The notes under the pieces were generated by a model, which searched no databases, had not been told where the DNA came from, and worked only from the letters and a program-made list of their open reading frames with translations. From the NCBI GenBank assembly GCA_040878325.1, contig JBBDMM010000010.1, positions 124,001-188,000 on the forward strand: a DNA stretch of 64,000 bases, in the 5' to 3' direction. Positions 58,505 to 64,000 of this stretch are shown here, piece by piece; position 1 is the first letter of the stretch; the number at the start of each line of letters is the position of its first letter. The position numbers and the translations under genes are program-made. Origin of the DNA: Acidimicrobiia bacterium (GTDB lineage: Bacteria; Actinomycetota; Acidimicrobiia; Spongiisociales; UBA11373).

Positions 58505-60085
58505 ATGTCGCACACGGTCACCATGCCCCAGTTGGGCGAGACGGTCACCGAGGGAACCATCCTCCGGTGGGCGAAGCAGGCCGGAGACACCATCAGTGAG
58601 GACGAGGTGCTCCTGGAGATCTCGACCGACAAGGTGGACACCGAGGTGCCTTCTTCGTGGTCCGGCACCGTGCTCGAGATTCTCGTGCCCGAGGGCCAAA
58701 CGGTCGCCGTCGGCACCCCGCTGGCGATAATCGGTGAAGCGGGCGAATCGGTGGCCCCCGCCGCCACGCCTGCTGCCGAGCCCGCGGCGGCCACTGCCGA
58801 GCCTGCACCGGCGGCCGCAGCGCCGCCGGCGGTAGAGGCCCCTCCGCCGGTCGAGGTGCAAGATCCGCCGGCGGCGGCGCCCCCGGTGGTGGCACCGGCG
58901 ACCAGCACCGCGCCCTCCGCCCCCGAGGCTCCGGCTGCCGGGAAAGTGGGGATGCTCTCACCGGTGGTGCGACGGATCGCCGCCGAGGCCGGGGTCGACC
59001 TCTCCCAGGTGGTCGGCACCGGCCGCGGGGGCCGGATAACTCGCAAGGATGTCGAGCAGTTCGTGGCGTCAGGCCCGGCGGTCGAGGCGCCGGCCGCTCC
59101 GGCTCCGGCTCCAGCCCCGGCAGCGGAGGCTCCGGCACCGGCCCCCGCCGCCCCGGTTGCCGATGTCGCCGCGGCAGAGGCTCCTGCTCCAGCGCCGACA
59201 GAGGCTCCGGCATCCACTCCCGAGGCTCCGGTGGCTCTTCCGGCTGCGGAAACCCCGGTGCCGGCGGCTCCCGCCGCCGTGCCCGCCGCCCCTGCGGCGG
59301 CTCCGACTCCCGCTGCGGCCCCACAGGCTCCGGCGGCGAAACCGGTGTCCGTCGCCGCGGCTGCTGGCGATCAGGTGGAGGATCTCGATCGGCTGCGGGT
59401 TCGTATCGCCGAGAACATGACCCGCGCCAAGCAGACGGCGGCCCATGTGTGGACCTCGGTAGAAGTGGACTACGAGGCCCTCGAGCGGGTTCGCCAGCGC
59501 CATCGGGACGCGTTCAAGGAGCGCGAGGGCTTCTCGCTCACCTACCTGCCGTTTATCAGTCGGGCCACCATCGACGCGCTCAACGCGTTCCCGGTGGTCA
59601 ACTCGTCGTTCGATCTCCCCAACAAGAAGCGGGTCCTGCACGGGCAGATCAACCTGGGCTACAGCGTCGACCTCGATGAGGGCGGCCTGGTGGTGATGAC
59701 CCTGCGGGGCACCGACGGCCTGCGGATGAAGGGCATCGCCCGCGGGGTGAAGCAACTCGCCGACAAGGCCCGCAGCGGGAAGATGGAGCCCGACGACCTC
59801 GCCGGGAGCACGTTCACCATCACCAACCCGGGGCCGTTCGGTTCGTTCATGTCGGTGCCCATCATCAATGTGCCCAACGTGGCGATCCTGTCGACCGACA
59901 CCGTCGCCAAGCGGGCGGTGGTGATCACCGACAAGGACGGCAACGACGGGCTGGCGATTCATCACGTCGGGTACCTGGGGCTCACCTGGGACCACCGGGC
60001 GTTCGACGGATCGACCGCGGTGAAGTTCCTCGCGCGAATCAAGGAGAACCTCGAGACCTGGGATTGGGAACAAGAGCTGACATGA
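58505..60085 (+). CDS. Dihydrolipoamide acyltransferase (E2)
   Basis: Lipoyl domain [19 protein letters not shown], Ala/Pro linkers, DHRAFDG. Confidence 0.93.
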   Translation: MSHTVTMPQLGETVTEGTILRWAKQAGDTISEDEVLLEISTDKVDTEVPSSWSGTVLEILVPEGQTVAVGTPLAIIGEAGESVAPAATPAAEPAAATAEPAPAAAAPPAVEAPPPVEVQDPPAAAPPVVAPATSTAPSAPEAPAAGKVGMLSPVVRRIAAEAGVDLSQVVGTGRGGRITRKDVEQFVASGPAVEAPAAPAPAPAPAAEAPAPAPAAPVADVAAAEAPAPAPTEAPASTPEAPVALPAAETPVPAAPAAVPAAPAAAPTPAAAPQAPAAKPVSVAAAAGDQVEDLDRLRVRIAENMTRAKQTAAHVWTSVEVDYEALERVRQRHRDAFKEREGFSLTYLPFISRATIDALNAFPVVNSSFDLPNKKRVLHGQINLGYSVDLDEGGLVVMTLRGTDGLRMKGIARGVKQLADKARSGKMEPDDLAGSTFTITNPGPFGSFMSVPIINVPNVAILSTDTVAKRAVVITDKDGNDGLAIHHVGYLGLTWDHRAFDGSTAVKFLARIKENLETWDWEQELT

Positions 60086-61713
60086 CGCTGCTCCGGTCCC
60101 GCTGGTTGGGCCGCCTCCCGTACGAGGAGGCGTGGGACCTCCAGCGGGCCATCCACGAGGGTCGGGTCGAGGGGCGCACTACTGACGACTACCTGCTCCT
60201 GCTCGAACACCCGCCGGTGTACACCGTGGGCCGATTCGCCACAGGTGGCAGCATGCTCATCTCCGAACCGCAGGCGGCGGGGCTGGGGGCCGAGTTGTTC
60301 CGGGTGGATCGTGGAGGCGATGTCACCTTCCACGGCCCCGGCCAGCTCGTCGGCTACCCGATCTTCGGACTCGGGCCGAAGCCGGATGTGGTGGGCCATG
60401 TGCGACGGATCGAGGAGGCGCTGATCGGCGTCCTCGCCGACCTGGGGATCGAAGCGTGGCGCGAGGACGGATTCACCGGGGTGTGGACCGCCTCGGGCAA
60501 GGTGGCCGCCATCGGGGTGCGCACTGCCCGTCGGGTCACCATGCACGGCTTCGCGCTCAATGTCACCACCGACCTCGCGTGGTTCGGCCACATCGTCCCA
60601 TGCGGCATCCCCGATCGTCCCGTCACCTCGATCGCGGAGATCCTCGGACGCAAGGTGTCGATCGAGGAAGTGGTCGACCTGCTCGTGACCCGTTTCGCCG
60701 CGGTGTTCGGGCATGACAAGGTGGAAGACCATCGGGCCGCCTTCACCCGGGGCACCGGCCGGGTCGCCCCCGCCTTCGATGTCGACGAGCTGGTCGCCTG
60801 CGGCACCTTCTCTCCGGAGAGCCGCAACCTGATTCCGATCACGGTCAAGGGCCGGCTGCCCGGCGAGCCCGAGAAGCCGCCGTGGATGAAGGTGCGGCTC
60901 GACCTGGGCCCCGGCTACCGCGACCTCAAGCGGCTGGTCGAGGGCCTGGACCTCAACACCGTGTGCGAGGAGGCGGGCTGTCCCAACATCTACGAGTGCT
61001 GGGGGAGTGGCACCGCCACCTTCATGCTGCTCGGCGACGTGTGCACCCGGGCGTGCGGGTTCTGTGACGTCAACACCGGGCGACCGGGGGCGGTCGATTG
61101 GGACGAGCCCAAGCGGGTGGCCGAGGCGGTGGCGTCCATGGCCCTCGAGCACGCCGTGCTCACCTCGGTGAACCGCGACGACCTGGCCGACGGCGGCTCG
61201 GAGATCTTCGCCGAGTCGATCAAGGAGATCCGCACCCGGCTCACCTGCGACGTCGAGGTGCTGGTCCCCGACTTCAAGGGCGATCGGGCCGCACTGCGGA
61301 CGGTCATGGACGCCGCCCCCGAGGTGCTCAACCACAACACCGAAACCGTACTCCGCCTCCAGCGGGATGTGCGCACCGCCGCCAACTACGGGCGATCGCT
61401 GGCGCTGCTGGCCCGTGCCCGGTGGATGCGACCCGAGTCGCTGATCAAGTCGGGGCTGATCGTGGGAATGGGGGAGACCAGGGAAGAGGTGCTGTCGACG
61501 CTCGCCGACCTGCGGGCAGTCGGGGTCGACATCGTCACCATCGGCCAGTACCTCCGCCCCACCGCCCGCCATCGCAGGGTCGACCGCTACGTGCACCCCG
61601 ACGAGTTCGCCGAGTACGCCGCGTACGGCCAGTCGGTTGGCCTGCGCCATGTGGAGAGCGGACCGCTGGTGCGGTCCTCCTATCACGCCAAGGAGTCGGC
61701 GCGAGCGGGTTGA
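60082..61713 (+). CDS. lipA: Fused octanoyltransferase-lipoyl synthase (LipB-LipA)
   Basis: Lip[25 protein letters not shown]; Lip[25 protein letters not shown]; one reading frame. Confidence 0.92.
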   Translation: MTLLRSRWLGRLPYEEAWDLQRAIHEGRVEGRTTDDYLLLLEHPPVYTVGRFATGGSMLISEPQAAGLGAELFRVDRGGDVTFHGPGQLVGYPIFGLGPKPDVVGHVRRIEEALIGVLADLGIEAWREDGFTGVWTASGKVAAIGVRTARRVTMHGFALNVTTDLAWFGHIVPCGIPDRPVTSIAEILGRKVSIEEVVDLLVTRFAAVFGHDKVEDHRAAFTRGTGRVAPAFDVDELVACGTFSPESRNLIPITVKGRLPGEPEKPPWMKVRLDLGPGYRDLKRLVEGLDLNTVCEEAGCPNIYECWGSGTATFMLLGDVCTRACGFCDVNTGRPGAVDWDEPKRVAEAVASMALEHAVLTSVNRDDLADGGSEIFAESIKEIRTRLTCDVEVLVPDFKGDRAALRTVMDAAPEVLNHNTETVLRLQRDVRTAANYGRSLALLARARWMRPESLIKSGLIVGMGETREEVLSTLADLRAVGVDIVTIGQYLRPTARHRRVDRYVHPDEFAEYAAYGQSVGLRHVESGPLVRSSYHAKESARAG

Positions 61714-61735
61714 CGACCGCCGGTGAACCTGGAAT

Positions 61736-61755
61736 AGTTAACCCGATGGTTAACT
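61736..61755. promoter_or_regulatory. Palindromic operator overlapping the ArsR start
   Basis: AGTTAACC cgat GGTTAACT; TTGACG at 61710. Confidence 0.7.
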
Positions 61756-62066
61756 CTCGCACCCTCGACCGACGCCTGGCAGCCCTGTCGGATCCAACCC
61801 GGCGAGCGATCGTCGAGCGCCTTTCCGAGGGCGAGGCGACGGTCTCCGACTTGGCGTCCCCGTTCGCCATGTCGTTGCCGGCGGTGCTGAAGCATCTCGG
61901 CGTGCTCGAAGGTGCCGGGCTGATGCGGTCCCGCAAGGTGGGCCGGGTCAAGACCTGCCGGTTGGAGCCGGCGGCGCTCGTCGCGGTCGTCGCGTGGATC
62001 GACGACCGCCGCGCTGTGTGGGAGCAACGCCTCGACGCCCTGGAACACCACCTGGAGGAAGCATGA
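61746..62066 (+). CDS. ArsR/SmtB family regulator
   Basis: ALSDPTRRAIV, MSLPAVLKHLGVLE, KVGRVKTC. Confidence 0.9.
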   Translation: MVNSRTLDRRLAALSDPTRRAIVERLSEGEATVSDLASPFAMSLPAVLKHLGVLEGAGLMRSRKVGRVKTCRLEPAALVAVVAWIDDRRAVWEQRLDALEHHLEEA

Positions 62067-62503
62067 CCGACACGATCGATGCCAAAGGGTTCGTCCTGCG
62101 CCGCCGCTACCGGGCCACCCGGGAGCGCCTGTTCCGGGCGTTCACCGACCCCGACGAGATGCGCGGCTGGTACGCCCCCGTCGTCGGTTGGGAGGTCTCG
62201 CACGCCGAGGTCGACCCCAGAGAGGGCGGCGGATACCACCTCGAATTCGGCCCGCCGGGCGGCGACCAGATCATCGAGAAGGGGATCTTCCGAGAGTTCG
62301 ACTCACCGAACCGACTGGTGTTCGAGGTGGCGCTGTCGGGTGGGATCGACGAGGCCACCCGGGTCACCGTCGAGTTCCTCGACCACGGAGACGAGACCGA
62401 GGTAGTGGTCAGCGAGACCGGCTACTCCAGCGAGGAGATCTCCCGGCGGCACGCGGGCGGATGGACCACCATGCTCGAGCAGTTGCGCGGGGTGGTGGGC
62501 TGA
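62063..62503 (+). CDS. SRPBCC/AHSA1 domain protein
   Basis: RERLFRAFTDP..W, DPREGGGY, GWTTMLEQL. Confidence 0.88.
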   Translation: MTDTIDAKGFVLRRRYRATRERLFRAFTDPDEMRGWYAPVVGWEVSHAEVDPREGGGYHLEFGPPGGDQIIEKGIFREFDSPNRLVFEVALSGGIDEATRVTVEFLDHGDETEVVVSETGYSSEEISRRHAGGWTTMLEQLRGVVG

Positions 62504-62633
62504 CATTCGTCTCGACGCTGTCACGGCTCCTGGTACCGCTCAAGGGGCGGCACCAGGAAGCCCTCGAACACCGACCGGCTAGGCGAATCACGAAATCTCC
62601 CCGAGTCTTGCGGCATGGACCATCATCGGGTAT

Positions 62634-63488
62634 TCATCCGACCTTGTAGAGAACGCGGGACTTCCCTGTGCCTCGCAACTCATGGGTCCCGAACTCGACG
62701 AGAGCGATGTCGGCGTCGCTGACCAGCCCTGCCGTCACGTCCGAGATCAGAGTCTCTCCGGGGCCGGCCAGAGCGAGGATGCGGGCCGCCTCGTGGACGG
62801 TCACGCCGGAGATGTCTTCGCTGGCGAGGTCCACTTCGCCCGTATGGATGCCGATCCTGATGCGGAGGCCCAACGATCCCAGGGCCTCGTGGAGGGCGGG
62901 GGCGCATCTGATGGCGCGCGCCGCCCCGTCAAACGTCGCCAGGACGCCGTCGCCCGTGGTCGACACCAGGCGGCCCCGGAAGCGAGCAAGGGTGTCGCCA
63001 ACGATGTTCCCATGCTGGGCGAGAAGCTCGCCCCATCGGGTTGGCCCGAGAGACGTCGCCGTTCCCGTGGAGTCGACCAGGTCGGTGAAAAGCACGGTGA
63101 GCAGGACCCGTCGGCTCAAACTGTCGAGCGGCGAGAGCCAGCTGCGTACCCCCGTCCAATCGATCGTCACGCACTCCTCACCGCCGACGATCCAGCCGTC
63201 GTGGTGGGCAGGGATGTCGAACACCTCCCCGGGGCCCACCTCGAACTCTTCGCCGGTCGCCAACTGCACATGCATTATTCCCGATACCAGCAGGCCGATG
63301 TGTCGGACCTCACACCACTCCGTTCCCACCAAAGGTGCGACATGGGTCGACCACCGGAAACCAGCGGCGTGGACCGTGCGCGCCAGCCCGAATCCGCCGA
63401 TTTCGAGAATCTCGGAGTGCACCAATCCGGGCACGTCGACGACCTCGTCGGGTTCTGAGAAACGCCTTACGACTGGTTTCGAGTCCAC
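62634..63488 (-). CDS. Cupin + class III nucleotide cyclase fusion
   Basis: GFRWS..C..H..SG..HDGW cupin; FTDLVDST, TGDG, IGIHTGE, VHEAARI. Confidence 0.85.
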   Translation of the reverse strand: MDSKPVVRRFSEPDEVVDVPGLVHSEILEIGGFGLARTVHAAGFRWSTHVAPLVGTEWCEVRHIGLLVSGIMHVQLATGEEFEVGPGEVFDIPAHHDGWIVGGEECVTIDWTGVRSWLSPLDSLSRRVLLTVLFTDLVDSTGTATSLGPTRWGELLAQHGNIVGDTLARFRGRLVSTTGDGVLATFDGAARAIRCAPALHEALGSLGLRIRIGIHTGEVDLASEDISGVTVHEAARILALAGPGETLISDVTAGLVSDADIALVEFGTHELRGTGKSRVLYKVG

Positions 63489-63558
63489 GCGCCCCCTCGG
63501 CTCGCTCCAAGTCTGCCATCTAGTCGAGACGGCGCGCTGGTTGCTCGACGGTTGAGGG

Positions 63559-64000
63559 TCAGGGCCCGACCAGCGGGTAAAGCCACACCGCCGGATCGCC
63601 TACCGGTCGGGTTCCGTCCGCACCGGCCGCCACCAGGCCGGGTCCACCGGTGGTGACGGTGTTCATCCACCGATGCCCCGGCTCGGCGAAGGCGGCGGCT
63701 TCAATCTGAGCCCAGGTGGTCCCGTCGGCCGACAGCCAGACGGCCGGGATCCGGTTCCCGGCGATCGTCGTGTCGTAACCCACGGCGACGAAGCCTTGGG
63801 GGCCGTAGGTCATCGCCGACACCCGTTGCACCAGGGGAAGGGCAAACGTCTCCTCGGCGACCCGGGTCCACGCCTGCCCGTCGGTGGACACCCACACGGC
63901 CACGTCGTTGTCCACGCCGGGCCGGCCGAGGATGTTGGTACCCGCCGCCACGTACCCCTCGGGGCCGGCGCTCACCGCACTGACGAACTGCCAACCCGGG
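63559..64000 (-). CDS. 3' part of a hypothetical protein with repeated AVWxSxDGxxW motifs (truncated by the window end)
   Basis: AVWVSTDGQAW, AVWLSADGTTW, GPxGxVAxG repeats. Confidence 0.7.
   Translation of the reverse strand, partial: PGWQFVSAVSAGPEGYVAAGTNILGRPGVDNDVAVWVSTDGQAWTRVAEETFALPLVQRVSAMTYGPQGFVAVGYDTTIAGNRIPAVWLSADGTTWAQIEAAAFAEPGHRWMNTVTTGGPGLVAAGADGTRPVGDPAVWLYPLVGP

Noticed and set aside
58750..59370. Repetitive GCC/CCG-rich DNA
   Set aside because: Encodes the ordinary Ala/Pro linkers of E2.
62497..62606. Weak resemblance to the cassette-boundary repeat
   Set aside because: Arm spacing is wrong and identity is low.

Overview
High-GC bacterial chromosome segment. NucS, family-5 UDG, an F420-type LLM enzyme, apparently leaderless genes and Thr-rich lipoproteins point to Actinomycetota, probably Acidimicrobiia (inference). 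Most of it is housekeeping: a dpp/opp ABC operon, M3 peptidase, heterodimeric ABC exporter, infA, SUF genes split over three loci (intein-containing sufB, two sufC), nucS, a sigma-70 factor, fumC, an isobutyryl-CoA-mutase-like subunit, and an lpdA/E1ab/E2/lipB-lipA operon. The main novelty candidate is an accessory island at about 7.35-13.97 kb. There, single unrelated genes (an arr fragment, VOC, HEAT, two lipoproteins, a membrane protein) are separated by six directly repeated ~32-bp sites with an 11-6-11 recombination-site-like layout. The array sits next to a minimal HUH-Rep plus large serine recombinase module, so it looks integron-like but has no IntI or attC. Other points of interest: a circularly permuted DppA, about 16 intergenic period-7 repeat arrays (often as inverted pairs), a DnaA-box cluster upstream of the sigma factor, an archaeal-type GAPDH-like gene and a LipB-LipA fusion. 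All calls come from reading motifs by eye; no database searches were run.
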